DNA from: Marsupella aquatica
Lineage: Eukaryota > Plantae > Marchantiophyta
Reading direction: 5' to 3'
DNA length: 64,000 bases
Assembly: GCA_973895155.1 (NCBI GenBank)
Contig: OZ316899.1
Coordinates: 14,511,934-14,575,933 of the forward strand
The position numbers and the translations under genes were made by a program. Below the pieces are notes generated by a model. The model was not told the origin of the DNA, ran no database searches, and saw only the letters and a program-made list of their open reading frames with translations. Position 1 is the stretch's first letter. Each line of letters starts with the position of its first letter. Of this stretch, positions 23,540 through 33,741 are shown piece after piece.

Positions 23540-26113
23540 TCAAATCTGTGTCCTAGATAAAACACCTTGAATAATCACATCCGGATAAGAAGGAATAATA
23601 GGTAGGAACGCTAAACACCTAAGCGACTTGAACCCTTGGGAAGCCGGTAGCATACATTGTTTTGTAATCAACTGCTCCCTTAGCTTAACAAGCTTCTTCT
23701 CATATTTAATTGGAATAGCAAACCCACCAGGACAAACCCAAACATAGTATGGATAGGGCCATGGAATTTCCGGCACAAGGGGCGGAAATGGAGCTTGAGC
23801 TCGTCGAAGCATATACACCCAACACCAAATTTCGAACTCCGAAAACTTATGTCGTCTGTCCTTATCAATGGGAGGAACCGCCTTCCCAGGTTCATATGTG
23901 CGAATCAAACTACGAATCCTCGGATGGGATGTCATTGGCAAAATCTGCTGCTGCTGCAAAATGCTCTCCATCTCCAGATGTCGAAAAGCTACTCGAAAAT
24001 GTTTCTTCTCCCACCTGTGAATTGAAGCCAAATTAGGGATAGGATTTCGGGGTGGCAAATCCACTGTATGCCGAAGTCGAGGAGGTACTCTGATAATGCG
24101 AGGGTCTTCGTCTTCTTCTCCATCACTTGGTGCTCCTATCCAACGGAAAATTACATCTGGCATAGCGGAAGGAATCACTGACTCCTTAACTGGTCGAATT
24201 GGCAATGTAACAGGAGACGAAGGAGCAGAAGGTTCGGGCTCCAGTGGTTCAAATTCTTCTCTTGCAACAGTAGCTGGTTGATCTGCAATGGGATGCATTG
24301 GTACTAAAACAGGAAGTTCTTCTTTAAAATTATCGCTAGGTAAAGAGACTTCCTGGTTAGTTCGATCTGTCAAAAGTACAGGAAGGGGTAGCTCGTCTGT
24401 TCCGATAGGTGCTTCTCCCTGTTCAAAATCCTGGGAAGATGCTTCAGGAAAGATCTGTCGACTGATAGCATGGCGCAACCGTTTCCAAGATTTTCGAGTA
24501 TACGTCACTGAAAACTCCTCCCGAATGTTTTTATCCTCGTTTGTAGCCAATGAAACTGGTGCTGAGCTGGTTGTCGAAGCGGGTGTCTCGGGTACCAATA
24601 TGGGTACAGATATACCCATATTACCAGATACCTGATTGCGACTCGGAAAACCAGCAGAGCCTCCTTCAATCAACTCATCTTCAGGAGAAACCCATTTTAC
24701 AGGCGGAAATGAAGGAGCTCCTATCGCGGCTATTGCCTCATCTAATTCCTTAGTTATATCCAAAGGAATCGATATGAGTGAACCAGGTGTAGACCAGGCA
24801 GGGTATCTTGCGACAGATTGGGGAGAAGTCACTGGTTCACCTACTTCGTCTATATCCACAATTGCATCCTCCGAATCAACTTTAACCAGCTTCACAATTT
24901 CTGAGCTTAATATTTCTGACTCCTGGACCAGAGGGATTTCACCTATATTTGGGCTAGAACTAAGAGAGTCGGACGAATCATACTCCTGTAAAGCCTGCAA
25001 AGCATCACTATTTGCCTCTATGGGAACCAAAACAGGGGTAGAAGTAAATCCATCATACTCGTCCTCAGCAGTAGAATGTTGAAGAGGTTCCCCTGAAAAA
25101 CCTTCTTCATCCACCCTCACCTCATCTTCAACATTCATCCGAGAAGCAGAATTATCCTGATCAACATCATAAATAGGCTCGGCAGCACAAGGTGAACACG
25201 AGAGTCGAGGTGACATAGAATGCTCCAACCCTGTTGGCATTGCTGAAGGAACATCTTCGGCAACTTGAGCCTCTCTTGGTTGGTGAAGAATCGGATCGTC
25301 ACTCCCTTCAGCTGATGCTCTTGTCTCTTTCAATTTCCGAACTTCACCCACCAGTTCAGGTTCCTCACAGTCGAGTATTGCACATAGCTCTACCACTGTG
25401 GAATTGGCTCGGACTTCTCGTACTTCAGGCATATAATTTGCTTCACCGGTAGATGCTCTCTGATTGTTGCGATAAAAATCTTTTTCCAAGACAAGCAGAC
25501 AGTCATACTTATGGTAAATGTGAGCTAAATAAGGGGCCAAGTAGGTACACCTTATTTTCCCCGTTTTCAGCCTGCTACGAAAATTTTTGACCTGAGTATG
25601 AATTACTCGGTGCAAAACCTTCGTCCAATTGATAGACTGCGTCTGTTCTAATGAACAGATCACCGTTGCAGCGAACGAAAGAGTGATGCGCGTCTGGCTT
25701 TCTGGGTAGAAAATTGGTGCCAGAAATCGAAATAGACGCTGCAGAGAATTATCTAAGCAGTCCGCCGCTAGCCATCCATTCCGCCTCTTGAAAGATCCTG
25801 GAGCGAAGAAGGATTCTACATAAACCCGAGGCTCACAATCAACCCTCTGTAAATCCTCGCCCTCCATCGGCGTCGAATAGACCTTCGCTATGAGCGCTTC
25901 AGTCCAAACACTGGGACGCGAGCGCACACCAATCCTTTCTTCAGCGTCCCAGACACCTTGATCGATAAGGCTGAATTCGCAAATCTTCCAAGGAAGTTGA
26001 AGCAGCTTCTTCAAGCCCATTTTTGCCAGAGCCGTCTTCAACTGCCGCCTATGCACTGCATTCGATGGAATGTCTGCGAGTATTGGTCGCGTCGTCAGCT
26101 CAGTCTCCGCCAT
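23540..26113 (-). CDS. 857-aa accessory ORF in the env position of Gypsy C
   Basis: Intact, sense to pol; N-terminal ~210-aa domain shared with the D and E ORFs; long acidic/Pro-rich middle; no obvious signal peptide or TM helix. Confidence 0.88.
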   Translation of the reverse strand: MAETELTTRPILADIPSNAVHRRQLKTALAKMGLKKLLQLPWKICEFSLIDQGVWDAEERIGVRSRPSVWTEALIAKVYSTPMEGEDLQRVDCEPRVYVESFFAPGSFKRRNGWLAADCLDNSLQRLFRFLAPIFYPESQTRITLSFAATVICSLEQTQSINWTKVLHRVIHTQVKNFRSRLKTGKIRCTYLAPYLAHIYHKYDCLLVLEKDFYRNNQRASTGEANYMPEVREVRANSTVVELCAILDCEEPELVGEVRKLKETRASAEGSDDPILHQPREAQVAEDVPSAMPTGLEHSMSPRLSCSPCAAEPIYDVDQDNSASRMNVEDEVRVDEEGFSGEPLQHSTAEDEYDGFTSTPVLVPIEANSDALQALQEYDSSDSLSSSPNIGEIPLVQESEILSSEIVKLVKVDSEDAIVDIDEVGEPVTSPQSVARYPAWSTPGSLISIPLDITKELDEAIAAIGAPSFPPVKWVSPEDELIEGGSAGFPSRNQVSGNMGISVPILVPETPASTTSSAPVSLATNEDKNIREEFSVTYTRKSWKRLRHAISRQIFPEASSQDFEQGEAPIGTDELPLPVLLTDRTNQEVSLPSDNFKEELPVLVPMHPIADQPATVAREEFEPLEPEPSAPSSPVTLPIRPVKESVIPSAMPDVIFRWIGAPSDGEEDEDPRIIRVPPRLRHTVDLPPRNPIPNLASIHRWEKKHFRVAFRHLEMESILQQQQILPMTSHPRIRSLIRTYEPGKAVPPIDKDRRHKFSEFEIWCWVYMLRRAQAPFPPLVPEIPWPYPYYVWVCPGGFAIPIKYEKKLVKLREQLITKQCMLPASQGFKSLRCLAFLPIIPSYPDVIIQGVLSRTQI

Positions 26114-26458
26114 CGCGTGACTTGTTAGCTCTGTAAGCTCAGTGAGAATCGTGTTCCATAGTGAACTAGGGCGAAGCGCGACTGCTTACTCCTCAGTGTC
26201 CCGTTGAGCTGTCGCAATCCGCCATTGTACAAGATGCCTAGTCATCGGCTCACAGCGTCTCATGCAACTGAACTAATACAAAAGCGGACCTCTGCACAAC
26301 GTCCTTTGTAAACTAAGTGGACGCTTCCCCAGCGTCGAGTTACAATGGACGCTTTTCACAGCGTCCAATGTAAAAACTGAAAGTAACTAAAAAAAATTAA
26401 AAAAATATGCCGAATACTTACTAGGGAGGGTCACTAATTCTAACTAAGTATAACTACC

Positions 26459-26474
26459 GCCCTCCACTTAAATT
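26459..26474 (-). other. Internal duplicate of the PPT just after the integrase stop
   Basis: GCCCTCCACTTAAATT identical to 22976-22991. Confidence 0.8.
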
Positions 26475-26496
26475 GCAACCTGTCCCAGGTGGAATT

Positions 26497-27669
26497 CTAA
26501 ATGGAAGACTCATAGTATCGTTTAATCCTAAACCCATTGATTCTAGTGTTAAGTGGGTGACCATCTAAGGTAGTCAATGAAACTGAACCATTATCCCAGA
26601 TGTGTGTAACTCGGTAAGGACCAATCCAATGAGTATGAAGTTTCCCAGGAAATAGCATATAACGAGAATCAAAGACTAATGCTAAATCACCAACATCTAA
26701 CTGCACTACGCGCAGCTTCTTATCATAAGCAAGTTTACGCTGGTTCTGAATGGTGACTGTATGGTCTAATGCTAAAAGTCTAACTTCTTCTAATTTAACA
26801 ATATTGGAAAACCGATGTGAGAGACTATCTGAAGGAGAGAGTCGGTGTGGTACCAAGATACGTTCCGTTGGTAACGAAAATTCTATTGGAATAATACTAT
26901 TCAGGCCATAGGTCAGATAGAAGGGGGTGTGAAGAGTTGTAATCTTCTCAGCGGTGCGGTAAGCCCATAATGCAGAATGGAGCTTCACATCCCAATCTGT
27001 CTTGTGAGATTCTACCATTTTATTCAGAATCTTGCCCATAATGCCATTAGCTCTCTCGGTTAAGCCATTAGCTCGGGGGTTGTAAGGAGTAGTTTTGCGA
27101 TGCTTGATAAGATAAAGGTCAGTGATTAACTCAATAGTTGAGTTAAGAAAATGCAAACCCCTATCGCTTACCAACTCCAAAGGACAACCAAACCGGGTGA
27201 TAATGTGCTCAAAGAGAAATGCAGCTGCGGTTATAGCATCATTCTTGCGAGTAGCTTTCGCCTCTACCCATTTGGTGGCATAATCAGTGGCCAGAATAAT
27301 ATATTTGCTTCGGCTTTTCCGAGCTGCTGGAGAAATTGGGCCAATAAAATCAATCCCCCATTTCTCAAATGGTGCCAACGGAAGGATAGGCGTAAGAGGC
27401 CATTTGGAACTAGCAGTGGGCTTCCCGATCCTTTGACAGGGATCACAGGTCTTAATAAAATTGTAAGTATCTCGATGCATAGTAGGCCACCAGTATCCAG
27501 CATCCAAAATTTTCTTAACTGTGGTATTCACAGCATAATGCCCACCGGTTTCTCCTGAATGTAAAGCTTCAATTACTTGGGGAAGTTCCCTATCCTCTAG
27601 ACAACGTCGCAATTGTTGATCAGGACCTTGTTTAAACAAAGTGCCCCGAATAATGGTATAGGGACCCAC
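26497..27669 (-). CDS. pol: Integrase of Gypsy C (in frame with RT-RH, separated by one TGA at 27688-27690)
   Basis: H-x6-H...CDPC, WGIDF, SDRG, NGLTERAN, WIGPY. Confidence 0.95.
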   Translation of the reverse strand: MGPYTIIRGTLFKQGPDQQLRRCLEDRELPQVIEALHSGETGGHYAVNTTVKKILDAGYWWPTMHRDTYNFIKTCDPCQRIGKPTASSKWPLTPILPLAPFEKWGIDFIGPISPAARKSRSKYIILATDYATKWVEAKATRKNDAITAAAFLFEHIITRFGCPLELVSDRGLHFLNSTIELITDLYLIKHRKTTPYNPRANGLTERANGIMGKILNKMVESHKTDWDVKLHSALWAYRTAEKITTLHTPFYLTYGLNSIIPIEFSLPTERILVPHRLSPSDSLSHRFSNIVKLEEVRLLALDHTVTIQNQRKLAYDKKLRVVQLDVGDLALVFDSRYMLFPGKLHTHWIGPYRVTHIWDNGSVSLTTLDGHPLNTRINGFRIKRYYESSI

Positions 27670-27687
27670 CTTATGAGCAAAGACAGC

Positions 27688-29469
27688 TCATTCTTCCGCA
27701 TTAAAGCCTTCAGGGAACGTTCCATGAAGCAACATGTGCACAATATTAAAATATCGAGAAGACTCCCCTTCAATGTGCCACAAATGCTCGTCAGGAAATT
27801 CATCGGAGAGATTATGCTGATTCTCCGGACCAGGTAACCGAGATAGGAAGTCTGCATTCTCATGATGTTTGCCAGGTCGGACATGAACTTCATAATCAAA
27901 TTCTTGGAGTAGTAAAACCCAGCGGGCTACTCGTCCTGAGAGATCCACTTGGTTAACCAAATATTTTAAGGAATTATGATCAGTGTGAAAAGTAACCTGA
28001 TACCCCAACAAATAGTGACGAAATTTCTTACACGCAAAGACGATGGCCAAAGCTTCCCGTTCAGTGACGGAGTAGTTTTTCTCGGCTGCACTCATTTGGC
28101 GGCTGGCATAGTAAATTGGATGGTCACGGTTTTCCACATCCTTCTGACTGAGATTAGCTCCAATGCAGAACGCAGAAGAGTCAATGAAGACATGAAACTT
28201 CTTAGTCCAATCTGGGGGTGACAAAATAGGTGCAGAGATTAACCGATCCTTGAGCAACTGGAATGCTTGCTGCCGCTCCTCATTCCATGTATATTCCACA
28301 TCACTTTTTAACAGTTGGGTTAAGGGTAAGGCAATATTAGCATGTTTATAAATGAACCGACGATAATACCCCACATGTCCCAGAAAAGCACGAAGCTGCT
28401 TTAAATCGGTCGGTGGTTGCAACTCCATAATTACTCTAACCTTCTCTGTATCAACCTCAATGCCGCGTTGTGAAATAACATGGCCTAACAAAATTCCCTC
28501 CTTCATACCAATAAAGCACTTTTCTGGATGAAGACACAACTGAGCCTCTCTACACTTCTGAAATGTCTTCTCCAAATGGACGAGGTGTTCAGCCGCTGAG
28601 CCGTAAACACAAAAGTCGTCAATAAAAATCTCCATGAAATGCCGCAAATATTCTTGAAAAATAATCATCATAATGCGCTGAAAAGTACCCGGGGCATTAC
28701 ACAGCCCAAAAGGCATCATGGTAAATGCATATGTACCCCAGTCGGTGGTGAACGTAGTCTTGTCGCGATCCTCCTTCCGAATGGACACCTGGTTATAACC
28801 AGAGTACCCATCTAAAAAACTGTATAACTCATGCAAGGCCACTGAATCAAGTACCAGATCAATAAATGGCAAAGGATAATGATCTTTCCGAGTGGCAGCA
28901 TTCAACTTCCGGAAGTCTTGACAAACGCGAATTTTCGTTTTACCATCGGGTCCCGGCTTTTTGGGGACAATGACAATTGGTGAGACCCATTCACTACTCA
29001 AGACCGGGTAGATAAATCCAGCAGTCGTGAGCTTGTCCAACTCGTCTTTAACCAGGATGGAATATTTGGGATTCAAACGGTACTGTCTCTGTCGGACAGG
29101 TACTGCTCCTTCCATAAGGTCAATACGATGTTCGCCCAAATGTGGATGGATACCTTTTAAATCAGAATGACTCCAGGCAAAGACATCTTTATACTGGGTT
29201 AATAAACTGATATACTGTTCCCGTAGCTCTCCTTCGATATGCTTACCAATATTCAAAAACTTGCCTGGCTCAATTTCGATTTTCTGACAAGCTTTTGGAT
29301 CCACAATTCCATCCGTGAGGTTTGCCGGCTGAAGTCCAAGTTTGGATACTTCTGGTGCAAATGGCTCAAGGGTAGCTGACACTCCCATATCATGGTGTAA
29401 ATCCCTATTAGCCTCAGTATTAGGAGGTTCGTCTGCTGCTGGGCCCACTTCCGATGATGAAGTTAATTG
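27688..29469 (-). CDS. pol: Reverse transcriptase-RNase H of Gypsy C
   Basis: WVSPIVIVPKK, DFRKLN, LDGYSGYNQ, MPFGLCNAP, FIDDF; RNase H IDSS, EREALA, TDH, NADFLSR. Confidence 0.97.
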   Translation of the reverse strand, partial: QLTSSSEVGPAADEPPNTEANRDLHHDMGVSATLEPFAPEVSKLGLQPANLTDGIVDPKACQKIEIEPGKFLNIGKHIEGELREQYISLLTQYKDVFAWSHSDLKGIHPHLGEHRIDLMEGAVPVRQRQYRLNPKYSILVKDELDKLTTAGFIYPVLSSEWVSPIVIVPKKPGPDGKTKIRVCQDFRKLNAATRKDHYPLPFIDLVLDSVALHELYSFLDGYSGYNQVSIRKEDRDKTTFTTDWGTYAFTMMPFGLCNAPGTFQRIMMIIFQEYLRHFMEIFIDDFCVYGSAAEHLVHLEKTFQKCREAQLCLHPEKCFIGMKEGILLGHVISQRGIEVDTEKVRVIMELQPPTDLKQLRAFLGHVGYYRRFIYKHANIALPLTQLLKSDVEYTWNEERQQAFQLLKDRLISAPILSPPDWTKKFHVFIDSSAFCIGANLSQKDVENRDHPIYYASRQMSAAEKNYSVTEREALAIVFACKKFRHYLLGYQVTFHTDHNSLKYLVNQVDLSGRVARWVLLLQEFDYEVHVRPGKHHENADFLSRLPGPENQHNLSDEFPDEHLWHIEGESSRYFNIVHMLLHGTFPEGFNAEE

Positions 29470-32400
29470 TCAGGAGGGCCTAGTTGGTTTTATGGGAGCA
29501 TCAGACAGATAAACTTCCAAGTAACGAACTTCCTCCAGTTCAAATTCCAATGGCTGCAGGACTAGCGAAGAGGTCGAAAAATCCGAGGTGTACCCATCAT
29601 CTGTTTGTGTTTCTCCAAAATGTGGTTCCGGAACCCAACTAACAGTCACCTTAGGCTTCCCAAATGAAAGCTCTTGAGATTGCCAATTAACCTGAACTTG
29701 AGCCTTATACAACCATGGTCGGCCTAACAAAACAGGAAAGCTGGATGGTATTTCCGGATTAATAACCACATAATCCAACAGAAAAGGGACACCAGCAATC
29801 AAAGTTTCTACTTTGGTCAGCTTCCCTATGGGTACCACACGAGACTGATCCGCCATGCACAAAATCTTGGGAGTGGGCTCAAACTTAGTGAAACCCAAAT
29901 TAAATGCTGCTGACTGTGTAATCAGATTAACGCTGGCTCCTCCATCCACAGGAACTCTCCGAATGACACACCCCTGGATTTGAACCTCAATTTCCATCGG
30001 TCCTTTGTCCTCCCACTCTGTTCGTAGCACATCCACAGAAGGTAACTTCTTCTTCCTCCGTTTTCCTGCAAGGAGGCTCCTCAGCTGTCGCCTATAAACC
30101 GGATTGTCCTGTAATAATTCCCCAATGGTGATATGTGCAGGATGATTCTTGACATCTTCAACAATATCATAACCTGGATTTTTCAGTGGCTCTTTAGCTT
30201 TGACTACTACTGGTGGGTTAGGAGATTGCACTTGCTCCTTAACTAGCTCTTCCAGATGGTCTTTCACTTCCAAAGAGATGTCGGGCAAGAAGTATTTTGG
30301 GTCATATCGGTCATAAGCAGGGTCGTCTTCTTTGTCGAGGCCTTCCTTACATGGCTTGCGCCCTTCATCCTTGGGAGCTTTCGCGACCTTCTGATGCTCG
30401 TGCTTCTTGGTCTCCTTTTTCTTCGAACGAGTAGTTGCGTAAATATTAGTCAGAACTTTATCCCGATTCTGAACTCGATCATTCGGCATACCAACTACTT
30501 CAGGTTTCACTAAATGACTTACCAAGACATCAGGCACCACCCCGGATACTGGTTGATGAAAAAGTGAATCTGGCTTTAATTCCACCCGATTTACATCCAT
30601 ATGTTGAATGAAGCTGCATTGCTCCATCTCTTCAGAATAAACCATCCGAATCTTGGCTTCAGGTCGACTTGCTTCTTTAACTGGCTCTTGAGCAAATCGA
30701 ACCATCAGCCTAGGCTTAGCCGGATTCGGGCATTCCACCGGTAAGTGTCCTTCTTTTCCACAGTTCCCACAGACAGGTGTATACCCCACCTCCTGTTTGG
30801 GATAAGGGCACTGGGGTGAATAATGATCAGGTTGGCCACAATTCCAACAAGCCCCTTTTTGACGCGGCATTCCTCGTGGTGGGTATCCTCCCGGGGGTCC
30901 CATGGGTGGTCTTGACGTTGGTTTATTGAAAGTGGGCTTAGGTGGTCCCCAAGTCGGTCTGGAAGCAGGAGGTGGTGGGAAATACTGTCCAGGGGGTGCT
31001 GTTTGGACGGTATACGTGGGATCGTACTCATACTCCTCAGCCTCTTCTTGACCATCTACATAATTCACCGGGGTTCGTAATGTGGGGCACTCGTTCGGGT
31101 AATGGCCCTGCTGACTGCATCGGGTGCACCATACGTTCATTCTCATGGGAGCAGGCAACCTTCGTACTGGTTTTACCGCGGCGATATTGACATTCAACTT
31201 GGACAATTGGCCAGAGAGTTCTTCCATCATGCGATCCATCTTCTTCTGGTTGGGAACTTTATTATTCCCTTTTACAGAGGATTTCTTCTTTTTAGGAGCA
31301 ACGGATTCTGAGTCGGAACTTGAGCTTGAACTATCACTAGTGCTCGAATTTGTACTCTCGTCCTCCTCACTAGTGCTACTTTCACTTGATTCCGTCTCCG
31401 AGTCAGATTTAGACCTGGACGTTTTCTTCTTCTTTCTTTTGTCTTTCTTCAGGTCCTTCTTAACTCGTTTTCTCTCTGAAATCTCCGAGTCTACGTACTT
31501 CTGGGCTGCCTCTTGTACTTCTTCCAAAGTGGTGCCACCTTCTCGTCTCACGTAACGAGCAATCCTGGAGGGTAAACCGTTAATAAACCAGTCCTTGATA
31601 GTAGATTTCGAGGTAGCTGGATTATATTGATCTACCAAATCCAATAATTTGTCGGCATATTTCCTCACAGACCCATGTTTCTTCATGTGCAGATGTGAGA
31701 TTCGGGCAAAGGCACGCGCAGCTGCTCCTTCTTCTTTATATTTGGCCAAGAAAGCAGCCTTCAATTTCCCCCAATCCTGCTTGTCCGGAAAACGGTCATA
31801 CCATTTCTGAGCACCCTTTTTCATTAGACCACCAAACAGATTGGCTTTTTCAGCGTCTTGACTCTGTCCATTGGATGCAGCTGCAGCTTCAAATTCTTTC
31901 AAATACACCTCTGCATCCTCCTTGGAAGTACCGAAGAACCGGTCGTACCTCACATTATTTCGAGCCATCGTGGTTGGAGCTAGGAGGGTAACGAAAGGAA
32001 GAGCTGATCGGGTAGCAAATGGGTTTGGGCTGCCCAAGCCTGAACTGCTGCTTGTCTCACTAGAAGACGAACCACCGGCTTCACTCAGTGGTTCTGGATT
32101 ATCCAATTGTGAAAGATCGACAGAATTATCCTGGGCCAGCGATTCTGCAACTGTATTCTCGGGCAAACCCAAATTTCTTCCTTCGGTATGAGATAAGGCC
32201 CTCTCAGTGGTACTATCCACACCAGAGTCAATTTGGTTCACCGAACGTACTGTCTGCTGGCGGAGCTTGGTCTTTTGAGAACCAATAAGTTTTGGACCTG
32301 AACGAAGATTTACAAACAGGGGTCGGGTCGACGTGGGCCTTTCCAAAGAGCCACTTGCCTCTTGAATAGATCCCACTTGTTTCCACACACTACCCGGTGC

Positions 32401-32523
32401 AGGTGCTCCTGGTGACTGGAATTCGGGTAACAATGTGCGAGGGGTCACTACTAATTTTGCAGCATCCGAATTACTGGAGGTCTTGGTAGGTTTTCTTTTA
32501 TTCGGTGGATCTCCCTCAGACAT
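29470..32523 (-). CDS. gag: Gag-protease of Gypsy C
   Basis: Capsid-like region, three CCHC knuckles (CTRC, CWNC, CGNC), protease VDGGAS...LLGRPWL; ends TGA-CAA-TTA in frame with RT. Confidence 0.95.
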   Translation of the reverse strand: MSEGDPPNKRKPTKTSSNSDAAKLVVTPRTLLPEFQSPGAPAPGSVWKQVGSIQEASGSLERPTSTRPLFVNLRSGPKLIGSQKTKLRQQTVRSVNQIDSGVDSTTERALSHTEGRNLGLPENTVAESLAQDNSVDLSQLDNPEPLSEAGGSSSSETSSSSGLGSPNPFATRSALPFVTLLAPTTMARNNVRYDRFFGTSKEDAEVYLKEFEAAAASNGQSQDAEKANLFGGLMKKGAQKWYDRFPDKQDWGKLKAAFLAKYKEEGAAARAFARISHLHMKKHGSVRKYADKLLDLVDQYNPATSKSTIKDWFINGLPSRIARYVRREGGTTLEEVQEAAQKYVDSEISERKRVKKDLKKDKRKKKKTSRSKSDSETESSESSTSEEDESTNSSTSDSSSSSSDSESVAPKKKKSSVKGNNKVPNQKKMDRMMEELSGQLSKLNVNIAAVKPVRRLPAPMRMNVWCTRCSQQGHYPNECPTLRTPVNYVDGQEEAEEYEYDPTYTVQTAPPGQYFPPPPASRPTWGPPKPTFNKPTSRPPMGPPGGYPPRGMPRQKGACWNCGQPDHYSPQCPYPKQEVGYTPVCGNCGKEGHLPVECPNPAKPRLMVRFAQEPVKEASRPEAKIRMVYSEEMEQCSFIQHMDVNRVELKPDSLFHQPVSGVVPDVLVSHLVKPEVVGMPNDRVQNRDKVLTNIYATTRSKKKETKKHEHQKVAKAPKDEGRKPCKEGLDKEDDPAYDRYDPKYFLPDISLEVKDHLEELVKEQVQSPNPPVVVKAKEPLKNPGYDIVEDVKNHPAHITIGELLQDNPVYRRQLRSLLAGKRRKKKLPSVDVLRTEWEDKGPMEIEVQIQGCVIRRVPVDGGASVNLITQSAAFNLGFTKFEPTPKILCMADQSRVVPIGKLTKVETLIAGVPFLLDYVVINPEIPSSFPVLLGRPWLYKAQVQVNWQSQELSFGKPKVTVSWVPEPHFGETQTDDGYTSDFSTSSLVLQPLEFELEEVRYLEVYLSDAPIKPTRPS

Positions 32524-33717
32524 CCCTCATTCTCCAAGCACGGGTGATTTTGAGACACCAGACCCGCTCCTCAGGAGTCTTTATGCAAGGAGTCACCATT
32601 TAGGTGCGACGTTATCACCCCACTCCGGGAGATATGAACCTGCTTCCTCAAAGTGACTTCCCGTAGCGTCGTTCAACATCCCTTGCATGATTCCTCCCCC
32701 TTGCTATCCCGTAGCTAATACTTCCCTTCAGTGACCAGCCGAGATTCTAAAACCTCGTTTTCTCTGGTGCGTCCTTCAGGTTGAGACGCGGAAAGGCACA
32801 CCAGAAGCGTCGCGCACGTTGGTTCGTCACAGATTCCACCGGACGCTGCTCACAGCGTCCACTGGGATCGGACGCTACTCGAAGCGTCCTGACTTGCGGA
32901 ATCTTCTGGGACGAATCGCATTGGACGCTCTTCGCGGCGTCCTTCCTTATCTCCTTTACGGTGGCGATTACTGGAACCGGGCGTTCCCCATAATCTCCGA
33001 CTTCCTTCACCCTGAAATTTCTTTACCACATGGTACGCTACACTAGGCCATCCTACTAATCAGACGTCTAACTCCTTCCTAATCTTCTACGCAATTCCTG
33101 GTGCATGATTCTTTCCGCTAACTCCCGAATGGAAATGACTAGATATCACTCCTGTGTGATCCTACCATTCAGCCTTAATATTACTAAATGCAAACTTTCA
33201 TCTTCCCACCAGGTGATAGTTAACCAATGTATGCCATTCCTCCCTCTCAGGCTCAGAACCCAAGAATTAACATAACGATTCCTCAAATTCCTAATTCTTA
33301 ATGTTCCCAAAGATCGGATAGGTGGCATCGGTCACACGAACCAGGATGGTTGGACAATTTTACAAATCATACGTCCCGAGCAACGTTAGAATAACTTCAC
33401 TTGTCACTCAAAGTGTCTTTGGTGTCTTCGACTATCTCCAAAGCAACTTGACGAGCAACAGCTCCTCTCTGTGAGGCCTTTTCTGGTGGAAGGGCGGTTT
33501 CTTCTCTTAAGTTTGGCACCACAAATTTTTCCAATACTCTTAAGAGAGCTTCCGGGGCGCTTTGGATAGAGTACGGCATCACCTCGAAATGGAAGCTCTT
33601 CATCTTTTTAACTGGAGTGATGACGCATCTTCACAATTATAGTAGAACGTGAATTCCTCTCCCGTCTAGCTCCTTCTGGCATACACTGCCTGTACGTCAA
33701 TTCAATCTTAAATTCGT

Positions 33718-33735
33718 TCCCCGGCAGCGGCGCCA
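33718..33735 (-). other. Primer-binding site, tRNA-Asp type
   Basis: TGGCGCCGCTGCCGGGGA, 6 nt from the 5' LTR; one mismatch to the Athila-type TGGCGCCGTTGCCGGGGA. Confidence 0.9.
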
Positions 33736-33741
33736 AAAAGA

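Noticed and set aside
23540-26113. True envelope glycoprotein
   Set aside because: No evident signal peptide or transmembrane helix; only its position is env-like.
27688-27690. Second programmed readthrough site between RNase H and integrase
   Set aside because: Context TGA-GCT-GTC lacks a known signal; a CGA-to-TGA mutation is simpler.
23680-32656. Many short overlapping or antisense ORFs across Gypsy C
   Set aside because: Shadow frames of the long ORFs with no independent evidence.
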